Source of the DNA: Candidatus Omnitrophota bacterium
Lineage (GTDB): Bacteria > Omnitrophota > Gorgyraeia > Zapsychrales > Zapsychraceae
Length of the DNA stretch: 64,000 nucleotides
Assembly (NCBI GenBank): GCA_035292445.1
Contig: DATDQB010000023.1
Coordinates: forward strand, 153,533-217,532
Direction of reading: 5' to 3'
A program made the translations under genes and the position numbers. This document shows positions 28,653 through 37,130 of this stretch, piece after piece. The first letter of the stretch is position 1, and the number at the start of each line of letters is the position of its first letter. A model generated the notes under the pieces. It searched no databases, was not told the origin of the DNA, and worked only from the letters and a program-made list of their open reading frames with translations.

Positions 28653-30539
28653 ATGAAAAATGGTTATCAAGTCGTTGTTATTGGAGCGGGCCATGCTGGT
28701 GTCGAGGCCTCTTTGGCCAGCGCGCGCATGGGCAACCGCACGCTCATAGCGACACTTTTTTTCGACACCATCGGCCAGATGAGCTGTAACCCGGCCATCG
28801 GCGGCGTGGGCAAGGGGCAGCTCGTTAAGGAAATCGATGCCTTGGGCGGTGAGATGGGTTTGGCCGCGGATCGTACCGGCATCCAATTTCGCCAACTGAA
28901 TTCTTCCAAAGGCCAGGCCGTGCGTTCTTCCCGATGCCAGTCGGACCGCAAGCGATATAAGCTCTATATGCAGCACGTGGTGCGTCATCAAAAGAATTTG
29001 GATGTCCTTGAAGATAAAGTCGCCGAGATCCTTGTTCAAAACGGGAAAGTCATAGGTATTTTGACCGAAAGCAATCAGCGGATTTCCTGCCAGACGGTTG
29101 TGATCACGACCGGGACGTTTCTCAACGGGCGTATCCACGTCGGGCGCCAAATTACACCAGGCGGGCGCGTCGGTGAACCGAACTCAACGAGATTGGCCGA
29201 TAATATCAAGGATCTGGGGTTTGAAGTGATGATGTTCAAGACCGGAACCCCACCCCGCTTGGACGGAAAGACAATAGATTTCTCTGAATTGGAACCGCAA
29301 GGCTCCGATAATCCGCCGGTTCCGTTCTCGTTTCGCACGCCCGAGATCCCTAAAATACAAAAATTATTGCCATGCCATATCACGCGCACCAACGAACGTA
29401 CCCATGAGATTATCCGTAACAACTTCCATTTATCGCCGATGTATTCGGGGCAAATTCAGGCGACGGGAGTGCGGTATTGCCCATCGATTGAGGATAAATT
29501 AAAAAAATTTAGCGACCGTGACAGCCATCAGATATTTTTAGAGCCGGAAGGCTTGGACACGAACGAGTATTATCCCAACGGGATATCGACCGGCTTACCA
29601 ACGGAAGTTCAATTTGAATTCGTGCGCACCATCAAGGGATTAGAGAATGTCAAAATGAACCGTCCCGGATATTCGATCGAGCACGGCGTTATCCCGGCAA
29701 CAGAACTTAAACCGACGCTTGAGACGAAAAAGATCAGAGGTCTTTATATGGCCGGGCAGATCAACGGTACGACCGGTTATGAAGAAGCAGGTGCCCAAGG
29801 GATTATCGCCGGCATCAACGCTGGGCTTTATGTCCAAAACAAAGAGCCCTTTATCTTGGGCCGTCATGAAGCGTATATCGGTGTATTGATCGATGATCTG
29901 ATCACCAAGGGAACCGATGAGCCATATCGGATGTTCACCTCCCGTGTTGAATACCGTTTGATCGTGCGTGAGGATAACGCGGATAAAAGATTGGCGCGTT
30001 ATGGGCATGCCCTTGGTCTTTTAAATGATGAAGATTATCAAAAGGTTGAAGAGAAGTATAAAAGAATCGATGAAGAGATCAGGCATTTGCGCAAAACCGT
30101 TATTCATCCCGGAAGCGCCTTAGATGAACAATTAAGGAAGATGAATTTACCACCAGTGCGCAAATCAACGACATTGAGCACTGTTTTGAAGCGCCCGGAG
30201 ATTTCTTATCATCATATCGCGGCATTTGACGGGGCTCTGAAAGATTTCCCACAAAATATTATCGACCAGGTCGAGTATGAGATCAAATATGAGGGTTTCA
30301 TCAGCCGCCAGATGAAGGACATCGAAAAATTCCGCCACATCGAGAACATTAAGATCCCGGAAGATATCGATTACGAAAAGGTCCCGAGCCTTTCTATCGA
30401 AATCCGACAGAAGCTCAAGCGTCATGGGCCGACCACCTTAGGCCAAGTGAACCGCATCAGCGGGGTGACTCCGGCGGCCATCTCCATTTTGATGATCTAT
30501 TTAAAGAAAAAAAGCGAAGAAAGAGCACAGTTGCAATAA
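28653..30539 (+). CDS. mnmG: tRNA uridine 5-carboxymethylaminomethyl modification enzyme MnmG (GidA)
   Basis: FAD-binding N-terminus (YQVVVIGAGHAGVEASLASARMG). Size is 628 aa. Confidence 0.9.
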   Translation: MKNGYQVVVIGAGHAGVEASLASARMGNRTLIATLFFDTIGQMSCNPAIGGVGKGQLVKEIDALGGEMGLAADRTGIQFRQLNSSKGQAVRSSRCQSDRKRYKLYMQHVVRHQKNLDVLEDKVAEILVQNGKVIGILTESNQRISCQTVVITTGTFLNGRIHVGRQITPGGRVGEPNSTRLADNIKDLGFEVMMFKTGTPPRLDGKTIDFSELEPQGSDNPPVPFSFRTPEIPKIQKLLPCHITRTNERTHEIIRNNFHLSPMYSGQIQATGVRYCPSIEDKLKKFSDRDSHQIFLEPEGLDTNEYYPNGISTGLPTEVQFEFVRTIKGLENVKMNRPGYSIEHGVIPATELKPTLETKKIRGLYMAGQINGTTGYEEAGAQGIIAGINAGLYVQNKEPFILGRHEAYIGVLIDDLITKGTDEPYRMFTSRVEYRLIVREDNADKRLARYGHALGLLNDEDYQKVEEKYKRIDEEIRHLRKTVIHPGSALDEQLRKMNLPPVRKSTTLSTVLKRPEISYHHIAAFDGALKDFPQNIIDQVEYEIKYEGFISRQMKDIEKFRHIENIKIPEDIDYEKVPSLSIEIRQKLKRHGPTTLGQVNRISGVTPAAISILMIYLKKKSEERAQLQ

Positions 30540-30611
30540 TCCGACGCTGGTGATATAATCCTGCCACTTATATTTCAATCGGTTTGATTCACCCAATCAA
30601 TGGAGGTCATT

Positions 30612-31577
<966 letters not shown>

Positions 31578-31657
31578 GTCATCAGTCGTCAGACGTCAGT
31601 CATCAGAAGCTGTCAGTCTGATGACTTCTGAAGACTGATGGCTGAAGACTGATGACT
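31578..31657. repeat. Simple-repeat hairpin element (GTCATCAG/CTGATGAC units) between cysK and the downstream gene
   Basis: Contains GTCATCAG-[11 nt]-CTGATGAC plus further TCAG/CTGA-based inverted units. It shares the motifs CAGTCATCAGA and ATCAGAAGCTG with the element at 51161-51218. Confidence 0.6.
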
Positions 31658-31659
31658 TC

Positions 31660-32358
31660 ATGAGCAAAACCACTCGTTTCTTTCTTTTCCTCTTTATCCT
31701 CGCCATTTGCTGGTACCTGGGCCGGTTCATCGACGTCGATATCGAAAAATACCAGGAGCTTTTCAGCCGTTATCCGCTGTTTCTTTCCGGCGTCATTTTT
31801 GTCATCCTTTACGTGGGGGTGACGTTCTTTGTCTGGTTCGCCGCTAAAGATATCTTCCGCATTTCAAGCGCATTAATCTTCGGCCCATATGTCAGTGCGT
31901 TATTGGTCTATTTGGGGGAATTGGGCAATTGCCTTGTTCTGTTCCATCTGGCTCGTAAATTGGGGCAGGATTATGTGGTGCAGAAATTCGGTTTAAAAAA
32001 GGAAGATTTGGAAAAAAGTAAAGAAAGAAAAGGTTCGTTCGGCGCCTTTACGTTACGGATCAACCCGCTCATTCCCTACCGTTTTCAGGATCTGGGCGCT
32101 GGGCTTTCAACGATATCCTTCAAGCAGTATTTTCCCGCCATCGCCCTCGCTTCCGCCCCGCGGATCCTTTTCTTCCAATATGTGATCGCCGGGGTGGGTA
32201 TGAGCATTTTCAAGGACTTCAACCACGCCACTGCCTACATGCAGGAGCACAGCGAGATCCTCATCTTCGGTAGCCTCTATTTGTTTTTTGTGATCGCTAT
32301 GACGGCCGCTTATTTTATCAATAAGCGCCTTCAAAAAAGGCGGGCAACGAACATTTAA
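31660..32358 (+). CDS. TVP38/TMEM64 (DedA-related) family membrane protein
   Basis: Hydrophobic profile and the block LIFGPYVSALLVYLGELGNCLVLFHLARKLG are typical of TVP38/YdjX-like proteins. Confidence 0.6.
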   Translation: MSKTTRFFLFLFILAICWYLGRFIDVDIEKYQELFSRYPLFLSGVIFVILYVGVTFFVWFAAKDIFRISSALIFGPYVSALLVYLGELGNCLVLFHLARKLGQDYVVQKFGLKKEDLEKSKERKGSFGAFTLRINPLIPYRFQDLGAGLSTISFKQYFPAIALASAPRILFFQYVIAGVGMSIFKDFNHATAYMQEHSEILIFGSLYLFFVIAMTAAYFINKRLQKRRATNI

Positions 32359-32379
32359 GCGGGGACGGCCTCAAGAGGC

Positions 32380-32443
32380 TTGACTCTTCGACTTCGCTCA
32401 GAGTCAACCCTGAGCAAACCCCGTTGTTTTTAGCGGGGTGCGT
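32380..32443. repeat. Palindromic structured element (TTGACTCT-loop-AGAGTCAA + CCCTGAGC, then CCCCG...CGGGG hairpin) between convergent genes
   Basis: Perfect 8-bp stem around the 12-nt loop TCGACTTCGCTC. A homologous copy with compensatory stem changes occurs at 44864-44916. Confidence 0.6.
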
Positions 32444-32945
32444 CGAATGGGTTGACGTCTTTGACCACGTATTGGTTGATATCCCAGACGATGGTGCTTT
32501 CAAAGTGCTCTTCTTCCAGATTTTTATAATGTAAGCGCATCTTAAAGGGATTGTCATGGAATTGAAGGACGAGCGAGCCCGGTGAGCCGGCGGTGACATC
32601 GAAATTATTGTCGAAGACCTTATATTCCAGCTCCATACGCCCGTTGGGGCGTAGCAAAACCAGCGGCTCGAATTTTAGAATCAGCTCTTTTTTAAAGCCG
32701 TAATCGACCGTGATAGGCAGATCATCGATCTTGACGTCTTTGGCGTAGCAATAACTTTCGTTTTTAAGATAGGCCTTAAGGTTTTCCCGGTCTACTTCAA
32801 AGGTAAGAAGGGGGAAGGTGCGTTTGCGCTTTTCTTCGGCAAGAAGTTTCTTGAGAGTGCGGATCTTAGCCAGCAGAACAAAGACTACCGCAACCAACAT
32901 CCCGGCCGCGCCTAATATCAGATAAAAAAGCAGTTCAGTGTCCAT
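32430..32945 (-). CDS. Hypothetical membrane-anchored protein
   Basis: Start set at MDTELLFY, with an N-terminal TM helix. No recognisable catalytic motif. Confidence 0.4.
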   Translation of the reverse strand: MDTELLFYLILGAAGMLVAVVFVLLAKIRTLKKLLAEEKRKRTFPLLTFEVDRENLKAYLKNESYCYAKDVKIDDLPITVDYGFKKELILKFEPLVLLRPNGRMELEYKVFDNNFDVTAGSPGSLVLQFHDNPFKMRLHYKNLEEEHFESTIVWDINQYVVKDVNPFDAPR

Positions 32946-33002
32946 ATCGCTCCAATCGTACGCTCTGATTAAAGTGTACCCTATCATTATAGCCCGTGGC
33001 AA

Positions 33003-33242
33003 GTTTTTTTGGCAGCGGAAAGCGTAAAATTTCCTTGGCTGCTAGAAAATTCATTTCTCCGCAGCAAAGAAGATATTCCGAGCGGAGCGAGGAATTTTCT
33101 TGTAGCAAATTTTTGGGAATTGTTCTATACTTCTGCTACGCTCAAATGCTTTCGCGTTGAGCTTCGCAGAAACAGGTTCAGGCTTGTTCCTGCGTAGCCA
33201 AAGGCGTAAGCACTTTGGCGAAGCAGAAGAAACGGTGCAGCT
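33003..33242. repeat. Array of at least 6 consecutive short imperfect hairpins built on GCAGC/GCTGC, GTAGC/GCTAC, GCCAAAG/CTTTGGC cores
   Basis: Examples: GTAGCA-[27 nt]-TGCTAC, GCTCAA-[11 nt]-TTGAGC, CGCAGAAAC...GTTCCTGCG, GCCAAAG-[10 nt]-CTTTGGC. The region is non-coding and lies between divergent genes. Confidence 0.5.
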
Positions 33243-33515
33243 ATGAATAAACAAAATATACTTATCATAACTCTTATCTTATTGCTTTCCTTAGGGATCA
33301 GCGCCTATTCGAAAGAAGCCTCTATCGCTAAAGACACGCTTTTGTACGTCAAAGACCATGCGGGCGAGAATTTTCTTGTCCTGAAGGTTGAGGAGTGTGT
33401 GTTAGGCGATGGTGGGCAAGTCTCCTGCGCGATGAAACCCGAAGAAGGCGCCAAAGTTACCCAAGCTGGCCCGGTGAAAAGTTTCTGGGCAAAGCTGGCC
33501 TATCCGCAAAGTTAG
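33243..33515 (+). CDS. Small secreted hypothetical protein (90 aa)
   Basis: Signal peptide (MNKQNILIITLILLLSLGISAYS). Two Cys. No recognisable domain. Confidence 0.4.
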   Translation: MNKQNILIITLILLLSLGISAYSKEASIAKDTLLYVKDHAGENFLVLKVEECVLGDGGQVSCAMKPEEGAKVTQAGPVKSFWAKLAYPQS

Positions 33516-33525
33516 GTTGGCCAAA

Positions 33526-33572
33526 GACACAGGACACAAGACACATTTAACCTGTGTCATGTGTCGTGTGTC
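33526..33572. terminator. Bidirectional hairpin built from GACACA-type repeats at the convergent ends of the small ORF and thiH
   Basis: GACACAGGACACAAGACACA-[7 nt]-TGTGTCATGTGTCGTGTGTC. The thiH stop codon lies in the loop. The right arm encodes the thiH C-terminus (HTTHDTG). Confidence 0.5.
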
Positions 33573-34629
33573 CGGTGCCTTGAATTCTTCTCCACTCCGT
33601 AAATACTGGATCGAGGTTTCTTTGTTTTAATAATTTCACGACATCCCGCACGCTGCGGTGGTCTTCGATGTCGAATTGCGGGTGCTGTTCATCGAGCGGT
33701 TCGATAGTATAGCCGCCAACGGAGGTATTTGAGCCGGCCGAGATTTTGGTGACGCCCAATTCCAGCGCGTGGTCGCGTAAAGATGGTTTTTCGCGGGTTG
33801 ATAAGTTGATGCCGACACGCGGGAACAAGATGCGCGTCAGGCAGATGATCTTGATAAAAGTTTTATCATCTACGTTACAACGCGCGAAGTTTTCGCCTTT
33901 AATGGGCTGGATACGTGGGAATGAAATTGAATATTCAACGCCAGGAAAATTTTTCTCCATGTAACGGATGTGATTGTTGAGCGCGTATAAATCTTCTGCT
34001 AAATTCTCCGATAGTCCCAACAAAATACCCATCGAAACCTGCCTGATCCCGCCTTCGGCCGCGCGTGCCGGCGCGTGCAAGCGGAAATCATAGTTAGATT
34101 TGACGCCGGAGATGTGGACTTGCTTGTAGCGCTCTTTACCGTACGTCTCCTGGTAAACGGTGATCCCATCCACGCCTGCTTCAAAAAGTTCTTTGTATTC
34201 GTACGCCTCCATCGGATGCACTTCAAGCGCGATGCTGGGAAAATATTTTTTTGCCACCGTAACGGCTTCTTTTAAATAGGAAAGGGGCGTGATCTTGTAC
34301 GACTCACCGGTTAACAGCAGAACGTTTTCGATCCCTTGATCAGCGAGGAATTTCATCTCGCTGTGCATTTGTTCGTCCGTCAGTTTAAAACGTTTGATGC
34401 GGTTATGCGAATGGAAACCGCAGTAGGTGCAGTAACTGGAGCAGAAGTTCGACAGATACAAAGGCGCGTACAGAGAAATCGTGCGCCCGAAATATTGTTC
34501 TTTGATCTGTTTGGCCTGTTGCGCTAGCTCTTCGAGGAATGTCGGGTGGTTATTGGAGATAATTTCTTTAATTTTTGGCAGCGGCAAAGTTGGCATATAA
34601 AATTCCGTTAGGGGGAAGAAAGAGATCAC
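33547..34629 (-). CDS. thiH: 2-iminoacetate synthase ThiH (radical SAM)
   Basis: CSSYCTYCGF radical SAM motif. Colinear with E. coli ThiH (YAPLYLSNFC...). Sits in an operon with thiG and thiS. GTG start overlaps the upstream stop (GTGA); an alternative start is the ATG at 34596. Confidence 0.8.
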   Translation of the reverse strand: MISFFPLTEFYMPTLPLPKIKEIISNNHPTFLEELAQQAKQIKEQYFGRTISLYAPLYLSNFCSSYCTYCGFHSHNRIKRFKLTDEQMHSEMKFLADQGIENVLLLTGESYKITPLSYLKEAVTVAKKYFPSIALEVHPMEAYEYKELFEAGVDGITVYQETYGKERYKQVHISGVKSNYDFRLHAPARAAEGGIRQVSMGILLGLSENLAEDLYALNNHIRYMEKNFPGVEYSISFPRIQPIKGENFARCNVDDKTFIKIICLTRILFPRVGINLSTREKPSLRDHALELGVTKISAGSNTSVGGYTIEPLDEQHPQFDIEDHRSVRDVVKLLKQRNLDPVFTEWRRIQGTGHTTHDTG

Positions 34630-35255
34630 TTTTTCTTGAATTCTTCCATTGTCTTTTCGTGGTCATATATTTCATAATCATCGGGGACTCGGAACTTACT
34701 TTCATCGATCGTAACATTTTCGTCAATAGATACAGCGATAATGCTGAAATTAAAAGAGCTGTCTTCCCAAACGGTCTTTATTACAATGTTATTCCATACG
34801 CAGATTTGTTCTTTAAAGGATTCATCTTTGTTTTGTAAAAGCTCACAAGTTTTACCGCCAAGAATTTCTGTACCGATTTTCTCAAATCGGTTTTTATCTC
34901 CTTCGATTTTTAATAAAAGTGGGTTGGAGTTGTAATAATAGGATTTTCTAAGATCTTGTTTACTTGCCGTTTTGTCGGATAGGCCGTAAACATATTGTAT
35001 TGTATGATCTCTTACAATTACATTACGAATATAGTCTTCTCCATCGCGAATGACGATAAACTCCGTGGCTTCACGCATACCAAATTGATCAAAATAAGTC
35101 GTCGATTTGGATTTTAAAACGTTATTTTCAAAATTATGAAAGTGAATGATGCCCGATTTAATTGTATAGAGACTATCGGATGTTTGGGGAAAAGCGATTG
35201 AAGTATTTAAGAATAGTATAAGAAAGATTGTGAGAGTAAAAGGAGGAGTTTTCAT
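34626..35255 (-). CDS. Secreted hypothetical protein, markedly AT-rich gene embedded in the thiamine operon
   Basis: Signal peptide (MKTPPFTLTIFLILFLNTSIAFPQT). About 35% GC by eye against about 50% in the flanking genes. Its start abuts the thiG stop and its stop overlaps the thiH start. Confidence 0.5.
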   Translation of the reverse strand: MKTPPFTLTIFLILFLNTSIAFPQTSDSLYTIKSGIIHFHNFENNVLKSKSTTYFDQFGMREATEFIVIRDGEDYIRNVIVRDHTIQYVYGLSDKTASKQDLRKSYYYNSNPLLLKIEGDKNRFEKIGTEILGGKTCELLQNKDESFKEQICVWNNIVIKTVWEDSSFNFSIIAVSIDENVTIDESKFRVPDDYEIYDHEKTMEEFKKK

Positions 35256-36062
35256 CTATTTTTCATAGTATAGAAAGCCTGTTAAAGGTGATGAGGGAGA
35301 GGCCTTTTCCTGAACAGTTGGCAATTTGCTAAGGTAAGCGAGCCGTCCGGCTTCAATGGCCTGCGCGAAGGCTTTGGCCAGTAACGCGGGGTTGCCTGCA
35401 GTGGCTATCGCGGTATTTACCAAAACCGCATCGCAGCCCATTTCCATGGTCTCAGCCGCTTGTGATGGCGTGCCGATTCCGGCATCCACTATGATCGGCA
35501 CTTCATTAATTTCATCAACAATTATCTGGATGAATTCTTTGGCCTTTAGCCCCTTGTTGGTGCCGATGCAGCTACCCAGCGGCATGACCGCTGCTGCTCC
35601 GGCTTTGACCAACGCCCTGGCCGCATAAAGGTCCGGGAACATGTAGGGCAGCACGATGAACCCTTCTTTTGCCAGGATTTCAGTAGCCTTGATGGTTTCG
35701 TTGTTATCCGGCAGTAAATACTTGCTGTCGTTGATAACCTCGATCTTGACCCAATTCCCGCAGCCGGATTCTTTCGCCAGCCGGGCTATGCGGACCGCCT
35801 CGGAGGCGTTTCTGGCCCCTGAGGTATTGGTCAAAAGGGTGATGCCTTGCGGAATATACTCTAATATATTGTCTTCGTGGCGTTCCAGGTCGATGCGACG
35901 CAGCGCCACCGTCACCAATTGCGTGCCGCTCGTTTTGATCGCCGCGGCCAGGTCGGTCTTATTCTTGAATTTGCCCGTTCCCAGCAAAAAGCGGCTGGTA
36001 AAGGCCTTGTTGGCTATGATCAGTGGAGTATCTTCGATTGTATCTGTAGTCTGCGTATTCAT
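35256..36062 (-). CDS. thiG: Thiazole synthase ThiG
   Basis: Conserved C-terminal block ([29 protein letters not shown]). Size is 268 aa. Confidence 0.9.
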   Translation of the reverse strand: MNTQTTDTIEDTPLIIANKAFTSRFLLGTGKFKNKTDLAAAIKTSGTQLVTVALRRIDLERHEDNILEYIPQGITLLTNTSGARNASEAVRIARLAKESGCGNWVKIEVINDSKYLLPDNNETIKATEILAKEGFIVLPYMFPDLYAARALVKAGAAAVMPLGSCIGTNKGLKAKEFIQIIVDEINEVPIIVDAGIGTPSQAAETMEMGCDAVLVNTAIATAGNPALLAKAFAQAIEAGRLAYLSKLPTVQEKASPSSPLTGFLYYEK

Positions 36063-36143
36063 TCGTGTGGTTACCAGTTACCTGTTTCCTGTTACCAGTT
36101 TGTTTTACGGGTAACCGGTAACGGGCAACAGGTTGCTTTACAA
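36063..36143. repeat. Intercistronic GTTACC/GGTAAC-repeat inverted structure between thiS and thiG
   Basis: GGTTACCAGTTACCTGTTTCCTGTTACC ... GGGTAACCGGTAACGGGCAACAGGTTGC form an imperfect long inverted repeat. Confidence 0.5.
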
Positions 36144-36344
36144 TTATCCCCCTGCCACAAGCGCGACCAGTTCGATGGAATCGCCGTTTTGGACCGTTAT
36201 ATCGGCCCAGCGGTGGCGTTTGATGATCTCCCCGTTGACTTCGGCCACGATGTGGGAGGAGTTTTTCAGGCTCGTATCGATAACGTCTTTAAGGGTTTGG
36301 GTTTTTTCGCAAATTTTCTCTTTGCCATTGATGCGGATTTTCAT
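36144..36344 (-). CDS. thiS: Sulfur carrier protein ThiS
   Basis: 66 aa ending in ...LVALVAGG (C-terminal GG). Start set at MKIRINGK. Confidence 0.75.
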   Translation of the reverse strand: MKIRINGKEKICEKTQTLKDVIDTSLKNSSHIVAEVNGEIIKRHRWADITVQNGDSIELVALVAGG

Positions 36345-36479
36345 AGTGAACCATCTTAGAACAAACAGGGCCAAAAATCAACACATAAAATTCAGTAAAG
36401 TTGTGGAAATCAGGAAAAATTTATGAAATAATGAAATCGTCCTGATTGAGAAGGCTTACCAGCAGCCATATATTTTATC

Positions 36480-36513
36480 AAAGCATCTAACTTGTTGGAT
36501 GCTTTGTTTTTTT
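36480..36513 (+). terminator. Plus-strand intrinsic-terminator-like hairpin (AAAGCATC-loop-GATGCTTT + T8) in the thiS upstream region
   Basis: Perfect 8-bp stem and 10-nt loop followed by GTTTTTTT. No plus-strand gene is annotated upstream. Confidence 0.45.
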
Positions 36514-36615
36514 AAGCCTCAAGATAAACGAGATTTTTGAAAGAATAGTAGATTTTTATATATATTTGTAGTATAAAGAATTCGTTTAAACATACCCCTA
36601 AAAAGAGAGAGGAAA

Positions 36616-37071
36616 ATGAAACATAACCAGGTCTTCGGGTATCAATTATTGTTGGATCTGTATGATTGCAAAGAAGGCGTTTGTGATGATCTAACGCTTA
36701 ATTATCAGTTTTTGGATGAAATCGTCGGAGAATTGGGCATGGAGAAGCAAGCGCCGCCAAATATTTTCCGAAGCGATGGGATCCGGTTTCCCGACAAGGC
36801 TGGTTTATCGGGGTGGGTTCCCTTGATCGAAAGCTCCGTCGTTATCCATACGTTGACCCCCAAGAATTTTATCTCCATCGACGTTTACTGCTGCCGATGG
36901 TTCGATACAAATAAGGCCAAAGCGTTTTGTAAGAAATTTTTTAATCCCAAACGTATCGATGAACAATATATCGAGCGCGGGATGGATTATTACAAAGCAG
37001 AGTCCAATTACGCGACGTTGACGGTTAAAAATACCGCTCACGAACCGCAAGTTCTCGTTACAAAAAAGTAA
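36616..37071 (+). CDS. S-adenosylmethionine decarboxylase proenzyme-like (class 1, SpeH-type)
   Basis: Aligns to bacterial AdoMetDC: LLDLYDC..., ESSVVIHTLTPK (processing ES|S site), DVYCCRWFDTNKAKAF. Has a C-terminal extension. Confidence 0.6.
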   Translation: MKHNQVFGYQLLLDLYDCKEGVCDDLTLNYQFLDEIVGELGMEKQAPPNIFRSDGIRFPDKAGLSGWVPLIESSVVIHTLTPKNFISIDVYCCRWFDTNKAKAFCKKFFNPKRIDEQYIERGMDYYKAESNYATLTVKNTAHEPQVLVTKK

Positions 37072-37087
37072 TTGATTTATATTCGAA

Positions 37088-37129
37088 AAGGGAATAATCT
37101 CTCTAAAAAGGATTATTCCCTTTTGATTT
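37088..37129 (+). terminator. Rho-independent terminator after the AdoMetDC-like gene
   Basis: 12-bp stem AAGGGAATAATC / GATTATTCCCTT followed by TTTTGATTT. Confidence 0.7.
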
Positions 37130-37130
37130 G

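Noticed and set aside
28638-29150. 170-aa minus-strand ORF overlapping the mnmG 5' region
   Set aside because: It is antisense to mnmG, whose FAD-binding N-terminus is clear.
36133-36426. 97-aa plus-strand ORF antisense to thiS
   Set aside because: The ThiS reading frame on the minus strand ends in the diagnostic GG; the antisense ORF has no features.
36345-36615. Expected TPP (THI-box) riboswitch upstream of thiS
   Set aside because: No CUGAGA, GGGGUGC or ACCUGAUCUGGAUAAUGCCAGCG-like cores are present on either strand. I cannot support a riboswitch call, though a covariance-model search would be decisive.
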